Part shown: positions 48,733-57,931 of the stretch, piece after piece
Position numbering within the stretch: the first letter of the stretch is position 1
Layout of the letters: the number at the start of each line of letters is the position of its first letter
DNA from: Candidatus Hydrogenedentota bacterium
GTDB lineage: Bacteria > Hydrogenedentota > Hydrogenedentia > Hydrogenedentales > SLHB01
DNA length: 64,000 bases
Direction of reading: 5' to 3'
Assembly: GCA_045863295.1 (NCBI GenBank)
Contig: BTWA01000001.1
Span: forward strand, 1-64,000
Made by a program: the position numbers and the translations under genes
Notes under the pieces: model-generated
Databases searched by the model: none
Seen by the model: the letters and a program-made list of their open reading frames with translations, nothing else
What the model was told of the DNA's origin: nothing

Positions 48733-49743
48733 ATGCCTAGCAAGCCGGAGTCGGCGTTTGATGTTTTGAAGGGGGCTTATTTGGCGGTGGAGCCGCATGT
48801 GAAGGCGCATTTGGATGCGGTGTGTGAGGCGCGGGGGAAGGAGTCTGTGCGGGTGACGCCGTTGGGTTCGCCTTGTTCGCGGGCATGGGATGACGAGTGG
48901 GTTGCGGTGGTGGAGGCGAAGGAGGCGGAACTGGCGCGGCGGATCTGCGGGGCGCGGTCGGTGTCGGGTGGGCCGTGCGAGTTGTCGCCTGACCATGCGA
49001 ATGGGCGTTGCCGGTTTCATGGCGGGTTTGATTTGTCGGGGGGGCAGCGGGGGAACCGGAATGCGGTGGTGCATGGGTTGTATGCGCGGCGGTTGATGGT
49101 ATGCGGGCCGCAGTGCGGGATGTGGGGGTCGTGTCCGGTGGCGTGTCCGGAAATCGAGGCAATGGCTCCGAAGGATCGGCCGGTGTGTCCGTTTGAGTTG
49201 GCGGAGTATAACGCGGCGTTGACGGATGGGTTGGCGGTTGCGGATGGCCGGGATATGACGAGTCCGTTGCATCAGCAGACGGCGCATGCGCTGGCGTTGC
49301 TGCAGGTGATGATGTCGCGGGCGATGGCTACGATGTCGCGGAACGGGTTGTCGCCTTTTTCGGGTGAACAGGGGGAGCAGGCAAACAACGCGATGCGTGC
49401 GTTGATGCGGATTTTTTGGGAGTACCGTCAGTTGCGGGGTTTGTTTCCGCCGTTGGGGGAGGACGAGGCGCCTAGCGAGACGAGCGCGGTGCAGCAGGCG
49501 ATGCGGATGGCGGTGGATACGGATTTGACGCCGGAAGGGCAGGGGGATTTGCAGTTTCCGGCGAATCCGCGCGCGGTGTTGCGGACGGGATTTATCAACC
49601 TGGATCCTGGGGCGGCGCTTCGCGGGCCGCGGCCGGATATGCAGGCAGTGATGCCGCGCTGGTCAAAGCAGCGGAAGGTGGAGGCTGAGAACGTGGACGA
49701 GGACGAGGCCGAGCGCGAGGAAGAGGAATTTGACCACGAATGA
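48733..49743 (+). CDS. HGGxSTG-like domain protein with extra Cys cluster
   Basis: CGARSVSGGPC...NGRCRFHGG...GNRNAVVHGLY, then CGPQC...CPVAC...CPFE; AGGAGG RBS. Confidence 0.7.
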   Translation: MPSKPESAFDVLKGAYLAVEPHVKAHLDAVCEARGKESVRVTPLGSPCSRAWDDEWVAVVEAKEAELARRICGARSVSGGPCELSPDHANGRCRFHGGFDLSGGQRGNRNAVVHGLYARRLMVCGPQCGMWGSCPVACPEIEAMAPKDRPVCPFELAEYNAALTDGLAVADGRDMTSPLHQQTAHALALLQVMMSRAMATMSRNGLSPFSGEQGEQANNAMRALMRIFWEYRQLRGLFPPLGEDEAPSETSAVQQAMRMAVDTDLTPEGQGDLQFPANPRAVLRTGFINLDPGAALRGPRPDMQAVMPRWSKQRKVEAENVDEDEAEREEEEFDHE

Positions 49744-49850
49744 GCACGAATGGTCCAACCCGGATATTTCACGACGTTGTCCCATTTATTGTGTACCAAC
49801 AGATCCATAGAACTATTGTCGAATGCGATGTGTTGGTTGTTGCGGGGCCG

Positions 49851-50016
49851 CGAGCATGCCATTGCGCCCGACTGGGAGGTTTCCCTGTTCTTGCCGCTTT
49901 CGTCCGATGCAAAGAGGAGGTCGCACATTGCCCCATACGGTCTTCTTCATTGTCGCCACGGCGGGCTTCGAAACCGCAATCGAGCTTGCTTGGCTAGGGC
50001 GGCAACAAGCTACCGC
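49851..50016 (+). repeat. 166-bp direct repeat, right copy
   Basis: Near-identical to 44057-44222; ends 11 bp from the xerD stop. Confidence 0.95.
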
Positions 50017-50027
50017 AGGCCAGAGAA

Positions 50028-50939
50028 TTATCCCCTCGGATGAAACGCTTTGTGGGCTTTGCTCAATCGATCCGTGCTGACGTGCGTGTAGATTTGCGTG
50101 GTGGCAATGTCGGCGTGGCCGAGCATTTCCTGCACGGCGCGCAAGTCGGCGCCGTTGTCGACGAGGTGCGTGGCGAACGAATGCCGCAGTGTGTGCGGCG
50201 TGACATTGCCGCGGACGTTCGCCTGTCGCGCGTAGCGTTTGACTACGCGCCATGCGCTCGTGCGGCCCATTGGCCCTTTGCGTTTCATGGAAAGAAAGAC
50301 CGTGTCGGCGCGCGTATCCATCTTCGTGCGTTGGCGGATCCAGGCGTTCAATGCTTTTACCGCCTCTTCTCCCAACGGCACGATGCGCGTCTTGGAGCCT
50401 TTTCCCGTGACGCGAACCGAACTCTCTTCCACCGATACATCGCGCAGGCGCAACGTGATGAGTTCGCTGATGCGGAGTCCGCACGAATAAAACAGTTCCA
50501 GCATTGCCGCATCGCGAACGCCTTCGGGAGTCGATCGATCCGGTGCGGCGATCATGCGATCCACTTCGCGGGTCGTCATGACATCGGGCAGGCCTTTCGT
50601 GATGCGCGGCGACTCGAACCCTTCGGTGGGGTCGCCTTTGGCGAGTCCCTCGTCGCGGACAAAGCGGTGAAACCGCCGGATAGCGCTCAAGTGCCGCATG
50701 GCCGAACGCGCGGACAAGCCCTCCTTACGCAGTGCGATGAGATGATCCAGCAAACGTTCGCGGGTTACCTGTCCGAGGTCGGTCACTCCGGCTTCGGCCA
50801 AGTGATTGAGATAGCGCTGTAAGTCGGCGGCATATGCGGCGAGTGTTTTTTCGGCCAGACCGGATTCGAAGACGGCGGCCTGCATAAACCGATCGAGGTA
50901 CGGCCCGAACGGGCTGGTGTTTTGGACATCCTTATCCAT
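50028..50939 (-). CDS. xerD: Site-specific tyrosine recombinase XerD
   Basis: TLAAYAADL, RDAAMLELFYSCGLRISEL, GKGSKTR, HTLRHSFATHL..GADLRAVQEMLGHADIATTQIYTHV. Confidence 0.9.
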   Translation of the reverse strand: MDKDVQNTSPFGPYLDRFMQAAVFESGLAEKTLAAYAADLQRYLNHLAEAGVTDLGQVTRERLLDHLIALRKEGLSARSAMRHLSAIRRFHRFVRDEGLAKGDPTEGFESPRITKGLPDVMTTREVDRMIAAPDRSTPEGVRDAAMLELFYSCGLRISELITLRLRDVSVEESSVRVTGKGSKTRIVPLGEEAVKALNAWIRQRTKMDTRADTVFLSMKRKGPMGRTSAWRVVKRYARQANVRGNVTPHTLRHSFATHLVDNGADLRAVQEMLGHADIATTQIYTHVSTDRLSKAHKAFHPRG

Positions 50940-51083
50940 GGGTGTATTGTACCAGATGTGTCAAGAATTTAGTATCGCCTCGTCTGGCAACCCTAATGAT
51001 TGAGTGTAATGCCCGACTCCCCGCTGGGTAAGGTGAATTGTCAGGAGTTTACGGCGCAACGAAGCGCATGGAGTAGCGACGGC

Positions 51084-51257
51084 ATGAGCAAGCCGAAAAC
51101 AATTTCAAAACCCAAGTCACTTTTTATCAAGGAGTTGGAAACGCCGCCCGCGTTGGCGGTGACTCAGGTCACGACTTTGGCGTTGGGCGAAGAGGGCGAT
51201 TCCAGTTTTCCCATTTCGCTGCCGGTGTTGGAGTATTTGAAGGGCAAAGCTGTTTAA
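51084..51257 (+). CDS. Graspetide (plesiocin-type omega-ester peptide) precursor
   Basis: MSKPKTISKPKSLFIKELETPPALAVTQVTTLALGEEGDSSFPISLPVLEYLKGKAV: LFIxxL leader plus TTxxxxEE core; GGAG upstream; 12 bp before the ATP-grasp gene. Confidence 0.82.
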   Translation: MSKPKTISKPKSLFIKELETPPALAVTQVTTLALGEEGDSSFPISLPVLEYLKGKAV

Positions 51258-51269
51258 CGGCGGCCACGG

Positions 51270-52178
51270 ATGGCGGCTGTACTGATACTGGGTTCGGAGA
51301 CGGACCCGCAAGTTGAACGGGCACGGAACGGCATACGGGCGCATGGCGGTCGGTCCTACTTGTGCGATACAACCACCCTTTCGGACCATACCTGCCTATC
51401 GATTCGCGATAACCGGGTTTATCTCGGATCGCGGACCATTCCCCCCATACAGTCCGTGTATTTGCGTGGGTTGGGCGTCAGCCCGCTTGCGCCTGAATGC
51501 CGTGACGATATGCGCAGGCGGCCTTACGGCCTCCTGGCTCAGGTAGACGAGCGCCGATCCCTGTTGGGGTCGGCGCTCAAGCTTTTGGAAGCGCGAGGGG
51601 TCCGAATCGTCAATACGATCGAGGCCAATGGGCTGCATGCGTTCAAACCGTACCAGCTTGCACGGATTGCTCAGGCCGGCGTGCCGGTGCCCCCCACACT
51701 GGCCAGCGCGGATCCCGGGCTGGTCCGGCAATTCGCGCATGCTCATGGGCGCGTGGTGTATAAACCCATTGGCGGAGGCGCATTGGTGCAACCGCTGACC
51801 GCGGCGGATCTTTCGCCCGAGCGGATCGAAGCGCTTGCGTTGGCGCCGGTGCTGTTTCAGAAATGGTGCGATGGCATTTCCCTCCGCGTATATGTGGCCG
51901 GACGCAAAGCCATTGCGGCGGCCGCGATTCACTCGACCGAACTCGACTACCGGCGCAAAGAAGACGCGGTGACTCCAATTCGCCTGACGGCGGATGAACG
52001 CCGCGCCGCCATTGCCGCCGCCAAGGCCTGCGGCATGCCCTTCACGGGGGTTGACCTGATCCGAATGAAGCGCGGCTTTGTCGTGCTGGAGTGCAACCCT
52101 TCGCCCATGTTCGCCGCGTTTGAAGACAAGACCGGCTTGGATGTTTCCGGGCCGTTGGCGCGTCTTCTGCTGGCCTGA
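51270..52178 (+). CDS. RimK-like ATP-grasp ligase, graspetide synthetase (PsnB-like)
   Basis: KPYQL, GVPVPPTL, VVYKPIGGG, PVLFQ, ELDYR, GVDL, VLECNPSP. Confidence 0.88.
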   Translation: MAAVLILGSETDPQVERARNGIRAHGGRSYLCDTTTLSDHTCLSIRDNRVYLGSRTIPPIQSVYLRGLGVSPLAPECRDDMRRRPYGLLAQVDERRSLLGSALKLLEARGVRIVNTIEANGLHAFKPYQLARIAQAGVPVPPTLASADPGLVRQFAHAHGRVVYKPIGGGALVQPLTAADLSPERIEALALAPVLFQKWCDGISLRVYVAGRKAIAAAAIHSTELDYRRKEDAVTPIRLTADERRAAIAAAKACGMPFTGVDLIRMKRGFVVLECNPSPMFAAFEDKTGLDVSGPLARLLLA

Positions 52179-52218
52179 GACGGGGTCCATGTGGTATTCT
52201 CGCGGTGGTTCAGTTACC

Positions 52219-52259
52219 CCGGACGAGACGCGCCGTACCCGGTCAAGACAAGACGACGC
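52219..52259 (+). ncRNA. Guanidine-III (ykkC-III) riboswitch
   Basis: CCGGACGAGACGCGCCGTACCCGGTCAAGACAAGACGACGC closely matches the ykkC-III pseudoknot pattern, directly upstream of an SMR/Gdx gene. Confidence 0.88.
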
Positions 52260-52290
52260 ACCTTAGACCCATGTGTTAAGGAGCGTTCTC

Positions 52291-52611
52291 ATGGCTTGGC
52301 TTATTTTGTTTTTGGCGGGTTTGTTGGAAACGGTCTGGGCGATTGGACTGAAATACACGCACGGGTTTACCCGTTTCTGGCCTAGCGTTTTCACCATTGC
52401 CGCAATCGCCGCCAGCATGTACCTGCTCGCTGTTGCGTCGCGATCGTTGCCGATCGGCACCGCCTACGCCGTGTGGGTCGGCATCGGCGCGGCAGGTACG
52501 GTTGTTCTCGGCGCATTCCTCTTGGGCGAGCCTTTGAACCTGCCCCGGGTGTTCTTTCTCGCGCTGCTGGGCATTTCCATCGCCGGACTGAAGCTAACCG
52601 CGGCTCACTAG
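52291..52611 (+). CDS. gdx: Guanidinium exporter Gdx (SugE), SMR family
   Basis: MAWLILFLAGLLETVWAIGLKY..GFTR, LPIGTAYAVWVGIG, GLKL. Confidence 0.93.
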   Translation: MAWLILFLAGLLETVWAIGLKYTHGFTRFWPSVFTIAAIAASMYLLAVASRSLPIGTAYAVWVGIGAAGTVVLGAFLLGEPLNLPRVFFLALLGISIAGLKLTAAH

Positions 52612-54125
52612 GCCGAAAGTGCCGCCTCGAACCGGTGTATCAAATCTTCGATGGGCTCCAAACCCACGGAGACCCGCACGAGATACGGTGACACGCCCAC
52701 AGACTCCACCCATTCGAGTTCCTGGTAATGGGCCAGCAGCGTGTATGGACAAGCCAGCGTAAACACCGTGCCCAAGCTGGGCCCTTTGGAGACGCGCAAC
52801 GCATCGTAAAACCGTGGCGCCGTGTTGGGTGCATCGTGCAACAAGAGAGAAAACAGGCCGCCGTACCCTGCCCCGTCCCGCATAACGGCCGCGTAGTTTT
52901 CCGGCGTGTCGTACTTCGGGTAGTAGATGCGCTGCACCTTGGGGTGTTTTCGGAGATGGTCGCACAGTGCTTCCGCGTTGGCGTTGATTTGCCGCATGCG
53001 ATCAGGAAAATCCCGCGAATTGGATTCCAAGGTGACGGCATCCTCCCACCAGAGCCGGTCTTCGTATTCGACGGCGTGGGCAGTCTTCAACTCATTGTAG
53101 AACGGCGAATTCGAGTTCAGTATCAACGCGCCGCCCATGACATCGATCGATCCCGAGAAGTACTTGGTCAGGCTGGTGATGATCACGTCCGCGTAAGGCA
53201 ACAAGTCCGCGTTAATATACGAGGCGACGGTCTCATCCACGACCAGCGGCACGCCTCGCTCACGCAATGCTCTCGACAGGCGCGGCAGTTCCGCGCATTG
53301 CAGCAACGGATTGGCTGCGTGCTCGCAAAACAGCGCGCCAAAGGATTCGTTGGCGAGCAGCCATTCCACCGATTCATGGCTCTTTGCACCAAAATCAGGG
53401 AAAAACTCACGGGAAGGACCCCATTTCGTTTGAATATGCAGAAGATCCACATACGGAAAGCCGAGCTGAATCGTACGGGCGCCAGGCCGGCGTTCCCTCG
53501 CGGTTATCAGCGCACCGTTCAAAGCGGCCATACCGGAAGGATATAGAAACACATTGTCCGCGACTTCACCCGTCAACGTGGCAATGCGTTCCCGCACAGT
53601 CTGCTTGGCTTCGCGGCCTTCCCCCCGATCCGCCCGTTCTTCCAGGGTGGCGAGGGCGAGCCGGGAACTGACGATGTCGCCGTAATGCTGCCAGAACTTC
53701 TTGGCCAAACCGACAGCCTCGGCCGGAAAGATGGCCACGAACACATGGTTAAGTCCATACGGCTCAATCCGGGCCTGAACACCCTGGGTTTCCGCCATGA
53801 ATTGCCTGCACCGGGTGGCAACGCGCTCGGACGGCAAAGCAATGCACAGTTCGTTGGGATTGGCAAACCGCTCCCTGCACCGGTAGAACAGGTCGTTGAC
53901 GATAGGGTTAAACACGAACCGGGGATAGCCGCAGGACAAAGCCTCCAACAGAATGGGGTCATTTTCCTCGTACCTGACGACATGTTCCCACCGTGGCAGG
54001 GCGACAGATACCGCGTGAGGCGAGTCCGGAATGGGTTTGCCCAAATCCGCTTCTCGCCAGAGGGGGGCCTTCCATAACTTGTTCACGGGGGTAAGGAACT
54101 CCTTGTATGGTCGCGTAGGGCGCAA
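52608..54125 (-). CDS. PLP-dependent Cys/Met metabolism enzyme, long cystathionine gamma-synthase type
   Basis: LGKPIPDSPHAVSVALPRW, GYPRF, YPSGMAA, VVDET, SLTKYFSG, KGPSLGT.FTLACPY, VRVSVGLE; start uncertain. Confidence 0.85.
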   Translation of the reverse strand: MRPTRPYKEFLTPVNKLWKAPLWREADLGKPIPDSPHAVSVALPRWEHVVRYEENDPILLEALSCGYPRFVFNPIVNDLFYRCRERFANPNELCIALPSERVATRCRQFMAETQGVQARIEPYGLNHVFVAIFPAEAVGLAKKFWQHYGDIVSSRLALATLEERADRGEGREAKQTVRERIATLTGEVADNVFLYPSGMAALNGALITARERRPGARTIQLGFPYVDLLHIQTKWGPSREFFPDFGAKSHESVEWLLANESFGALFCEHAANPLLQCAELPRLSRALRERGVPLVVDETVASYINADLLPYADVIITSLTKYFSGSIDVMGGALILNSNSPFYNELKTAHAVEYEDRLWWEDAVTLESNSRDFPDRMRQINANAEALCDHLRKHPKVQRIYYPKYDTPENYAAVMRDGAGYGGLFSLLLHDAPNTAPRFYDALRVSKGPSLGTVFTLACPYTLLAHYQELEWVESVGVSPYLVRVSVGLEPIEDLIHRFEAALSA

Positions 54126-54364
54126 AACCTTCGCCCTAGAGACATTTACGCCGCATTATACTCTCGAGGCCTCTACATATGAATGCACTATGCACGATCC
54201 GTCTCCTCAACCCGCTGTTGGCCAGCCGGTTGCCGCTCTTTCCACCGTCAACGGACAGGCACTTAACGGGTAGGGCACCGCTTGTGTTCCCAGGTCTGCC
54301 TCGGTACAGTGATGCTTGGGCCTGGTCTACCTGCTGCGGCAGCGAGTGGGACATATCCATGACG

Positions 54365-56095
54365 ATGCAACGATTGGCAAAACTCATGTGCCTTTTTGCG
54401 CTTGCCGCGTACAGCGTGGGCTGCGGCGAGTTCAAGGTGCCGCTGGCATGGGTCCTGCCGAACAAAGCCGGCGACAATCCCCCAAACAATCCTCCGGATG
54501 ACAACGACGACGGGGGCGAGACTCCCGACGATGGATCCGGCGGTGGCGGCGATGATGGGGGCGACGATGGTGATGATGGCGGCGGCGGGTCTGGAGGAGG
54601 TGGCCAAGTCGATACCCGGTTCAGCGGCACATGGATAGCCGCCTACGGCGACGATCTGCCGGCCGGGCTGGGACGGCGCCAGCACGTGGTACAACTGACA
54701 TTGTCGCAGTCGAACGCGACGGTGACGGGGTCGGGCCAGATGGCGCGATTCTACAATACGGGTCCTGTTGCATTCGACACGAATCCGTTTCTCCTGGATG
54801 TCAACGGAACTGTGAGTGGCAGCGACGCTACGCTCAATCTCAGCGCCGTCAGTGGATCGCCTTTCACCTTCAATCCGCAGTGGATCGTCCGATACGGCGG
54901 CAATACCTTGGTAGGCGTGTTTGCCGAGAAAGACCCGAACAACGGGTCGCTCGCGAACGGCGGCCGCATGGGTGGCGCGCAGTGGCACCGCGTGACCTCC
55001 CTCAATCCGACGGGGGATTGGGTTGCCTCGTATGCGGATGCGTTTGGCGGGGGCGCATTTCAGCCCCGAGACCGCACCGCCCAGCTTTCGCTCACCCGAA
55101 ATCCCGACAGCACCGTAACGGGACTCGGATCTTTTGTCGAGTTTGGGACGGCGGGCGGGCCTTTTCCCTTCAGCTTTGACCTGGTTGACGGGGGATCTCA
55201 GTTACGGCAAGTTCGGTTCACGTTGGGCAATTTTCAGCCGCTGGATGGCACCGAAGACTGGTACACACTCCAAACAGGGGACGTCTTGGTGGGCGGATAC
55301 AGCCGGTTTAATGACAACGATGCCGCGGTTCGCTCCGGTCATGCGACGTGGCGGCGATCGGGGGCGGTGCAATCGAATGATTACGTGCGCGAATGGGTGA
55401 CCGCGTTCGGCGACACGCAGCCTACCGGCGACGACGGATCGGATTTTCTGATCGCGTTCGAGAGCATCGTACTCAACGGCAATGCGGTAACCGGATCCGC
55501 GCGCGTGTGGGACGAAAGCGAATCGAGCCCGGCATTCCGTTCGTTCACCATCGAAAATGGGACCGTGGTGGGGACCAATCTCGTGCTCGATCTGGTTTTC
55601 GGCAACAGGCGGTTTTCGTGGGACATGCGAATCGCCAACGGTACGCTGGCGGGATCCTACCGCCGCACCGGCATCAATGATTCGTTTCAGGGACGCGGTC
55701 ATGCTGAATGGGGATTTGGTTCGCGCTCGAATCTCGCAGGTACGTGGGCCGCATCCTTTTTTGACACGTACAGCGCCAACCTCGACGCCAATCAAGTTGA
55801 CGATCGGGCCAGCCAACTTGCCGTCATGACGATTTCCAGTGTGGACGGCAATGGCGCGGTTAGTGGTACCGGCTTCCTGCGTCTGGCGAACGAAACCACG
55901 CGCCGTAACTTTACCATCACAGGTCAAGTCGTCGCGGAAGGTGTGGAAATCGTTTGGTCGGGTGCCGACTTGTTTGGCCAGACCTTGTGGCAGACCCAGA
56001 AAGCGGGCAGCCGGTTGTTTGGCACCTATACTAACCTCAATGATCAAAACGGCGTTGAACAACAAGGTCACGCCACATTTCTTCGAATGAACTGA
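54365..56095 (+). CDS. Putative lipoprotein with Gly/Asp linker and four tandem ~120-aa beta-rich repeats
   Basis: SVGC lipobox; repeats start SGTWIAAYGD, TGDWVASYAD, VREWVTAFGD, AGTWAASFFD and end in G[HG]AxW/F; start may be 54359. Confidence 0.75.
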   Translation: MQRLAKLMCLFALAAYSVGCGEFKVPLAWVLPNKAGDNPPNNPPDDNDDGGETPDDGSGGGGDDGGDDGDDGGGGSGGGGQVDTRFSGTWIAAYGDDLPAGLGRRQHVVQLTLSQSNATVTGSGQMARFYNTGPVAFDTNPFLLDVNGTVSGSDATLNLSAVSGSPFTFNPQWIVRYGGNTLVGVFAEKDPNNGSLANGGRMGGAQWHRVTSLNPTGDWVASYADAFGGGAFQPRDRTAQLSLTRNPDSTVTGLGSFVEFGTAGGPFPFSFDLVDGGSQLRQVRFTLGNFQPLDGTEDWYTLQTGDVLVGGYSRFNDNDAAVRSGHATWRRSGAVQSNDYVREWVTAFGDTQPTGDDGSDFLIAFESIVLNGNAVTGSARVWDESESSPAFRSFTIENGTVVGTNLVLDLVFGNRRFSWDMRIANGTLAGSYRRTGINDSFQGRGHAEWGFGSRSNLAGTWAASFFDTYSANLDANQVDDRASQLAVMTISSVDGNGAVSGTGFLRLANETTRRNFTITGQVVAEGVEIVWSGADLFGQTLWQTQKAGSRLFGTYTNLNDQNGVEQQGHATFLRMN

Positions 56096-56113
56096 CCTTC
56101 CAGGGGAGAACTC

Positions 56114-57808
56114 ATGCTAGGGATTGGATTCTGGGACTGGGCCGCCATTCTGGTCTATCTGTTTGGCATCACCGCCATCGGCGTTTGGACCGTCACCCGT
56201 ATCAAAGACAGCGCCGACTTTTTCATGGGCGGCCGCATGCACAACAAATGGTTCATGATGTTCTTTGCATTTGGATCGGGCACCAGTGGCAACGACGCCG
56301 TGGGCGTCTCGGCGAAAACGTACACAAGCGGCATGTCGGGCATCTGGTACCAATGGCTATGGTTGTTTGCCACGCCGTTTTATTGGCTCATCGCCCCCGC
56401 CATGCGCCGAATGCGTTGCATCACAACAGGCGATTACTTTGAGCAGCGGTACGACTCCAGTGTGGCCGGGCTGTACAGTCTGGTCGGTGTGCTCCAACTG
56501 ACCTTCAACATAGGCATTTTGCTACTGGGTTGCGGCACCATGATAGACGCCGTCACCCAGGGCGCCATCGACAAAAATTTCGCCATCGTAGGCATGACCG
56601 TGATGTTCGTGCTGTACGGCGTTGCCGGCGGATTGACCGCGGCCATCATCACCGATTTCATCCAAGGCATTCTCACTGTGGTCCTGTCATTCATGTTGTT
56701 GCCGGTCGCCTTGAAACACGTTGGCGGAATGTCTGGACTGCGCGAAGCGATTGGCGATCCACACATGTTCACGATTGTCTCGCCCGGGGAGATCAATCTC
56801 TTCCACATTATCATGTCGTGTACGTTGGCGTTGGCGGGCATTGCGACGCAGCCCCATATTATGGGCGTATGCGCCGCCGGCAAGACTGAATTTGAAGGGC
56901 GATTCGGCTTTGCTTCCGGTAACCTTTTGAAGCGGTTCTGCACTATCCCCTGGATGTTGGTGGGGTTGTGTGGGGTGGCCATGTATCCGGGGCTTACGGG
57001 AAGCGAAACGGATCAGATCTATGGACGCGTTGCGCGCGACCTGTTGCCGGGCGTTATGCCTGGACTGGTCGGCATATTCCTTGCCGCATTGCTGGCGTCC
57101 GTCATGTCGTCTTGCGATGCCTTCATGGTGTCCTGTTCGGGCCTGTTCACACAGAATTTTTACCGTCGCTTTATTGGCAAGAACCGGACCGAAGGGCACT
57201 ATGTATTCGTGGGGCGCATTGTTTCGGTGTTTATTGTAGTGATAGGGCTGATGTTCGCGTACACCGTATCCAATGTACCGCGCGGCCTTGAGCTGTTCTT
57301 TCAGTTCCAGGCGCTAATGGCCGCCGCGTTCTGGCTGGGTTTGTTCTGGCGGCGCACGACGGTGGCCGGAGCGTGGGCGGGCACACTGGTCTGCCTTGGT
57401 GTCTGGGCCGTTACCAGTTTGCCCCCATTGCAGGGCTGGTATGCTCAAAACCTGCCCGAATTCATGATTTGGAATGACCGCCTGCGGTATTCATACAGTT
57501 CCTTCTTTTACCTGAGCGCCGGCTTTGCCACCGCGGTGGTGGTCAGCCTTTTCACGAAACGGGTGGCCCAGGAAAAGCTGGATCGCCTGTACACATGCCT
57601 GCGCACCCCCATCCAGGAGAACGAACCCCATCAGGCGCCATTTACCGTGCCGGCGGGATCATCGCCGACTGTGAGAAAATTGGTTGCCCACCCCGATTTC
57701 GAGATCTATGTGCCGTCGGCGCAGTCGCTCGCGGGTTTTGGGGTGTTCTGGGCCTTTGTGGTGGGTCTGATTGGTTTTGTCTACTGGCTGACGGGACTTG
57801 GACAGTAA
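56114..57808 (+). CDS. Sodium:solute symporter family protein
   Basis: DFFMGGR, YFEQRYD, GGLTAAIITDFIQG, GLVGIFLAALLASVMSS; many TMs. Confidence 0.92.
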   Translation: MLGIGFWDWAAILVYLFGITAIGVWTVTRIKDSADFFMGGRMHNKWFMMFFAFGSGTSGNDAVGVSAKTYTSGMSGIWYQWLWLFATPFYWLIAPAMRRMRCITTGDYFEQRYDSSVAGLYSLVGVLQLTFNIGILLLGCGTMIDAVTQGAIDKNFAIVGMTVMFVLYGVAGGLTAAIITDFIQGILTVVLSFMLLPVALKHVGGMSGLREAIGDPHMFTIVSPGEINLFHIIMSCTLALAGIATQPHIMGVCAAGKTEFEGRFGFASGNLLKRFCTIPWMLVGLCGVAMYPGLTGSETDQIYGRVARDLLPGVMPGLVGIFLAALLASVMSSCDAFMVSCSGLFTQNFYRRFIGKNRTEGHYVFVGRIVSVFIVVIGLMFAYTVSNVPRGLELFFQFQALMAAAFWLGLFWRRTTVAGAWAGTLVCLGVWAVTSLPPLQGWYAQNLPEFMIWNDRLRYSYSSFFYLSAGFATAVVVSLFTKRVAQEKLDRLYTCLRTPIQENEPHQAPFTVPAGSSPTVRKLVAHPDFEIYVPSAQSLAGFGVFWAFVVGLIGFVYWLTGLGQ

Positions 57809-57931
57809 GCGGCCAGCCGACTTTGATCGCTTGTGTCCCGATCCTTTCCGGGGTAGTATGTAGCAATACCGAATTTGCACTTACTTGGGGCTGGCGCGTG
57901 CAATCCGCATGCGAGGGGCAAGGAGAGAATC

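Noticed and set aside
50028..50939. Tyrosine recombinase as a dedicated island integrase or integron integrase
   Set aside because: It has canonical XerD length and motifs, host-like composition, no IntI-specific insertion, and lies outside the repeats.
52291..52611. SMR transporter as graspetide exporter
   Set aside because: It is Gdx-type with its own promoter-like motif and guanidine riboswitch, and SMRs carry small cations.
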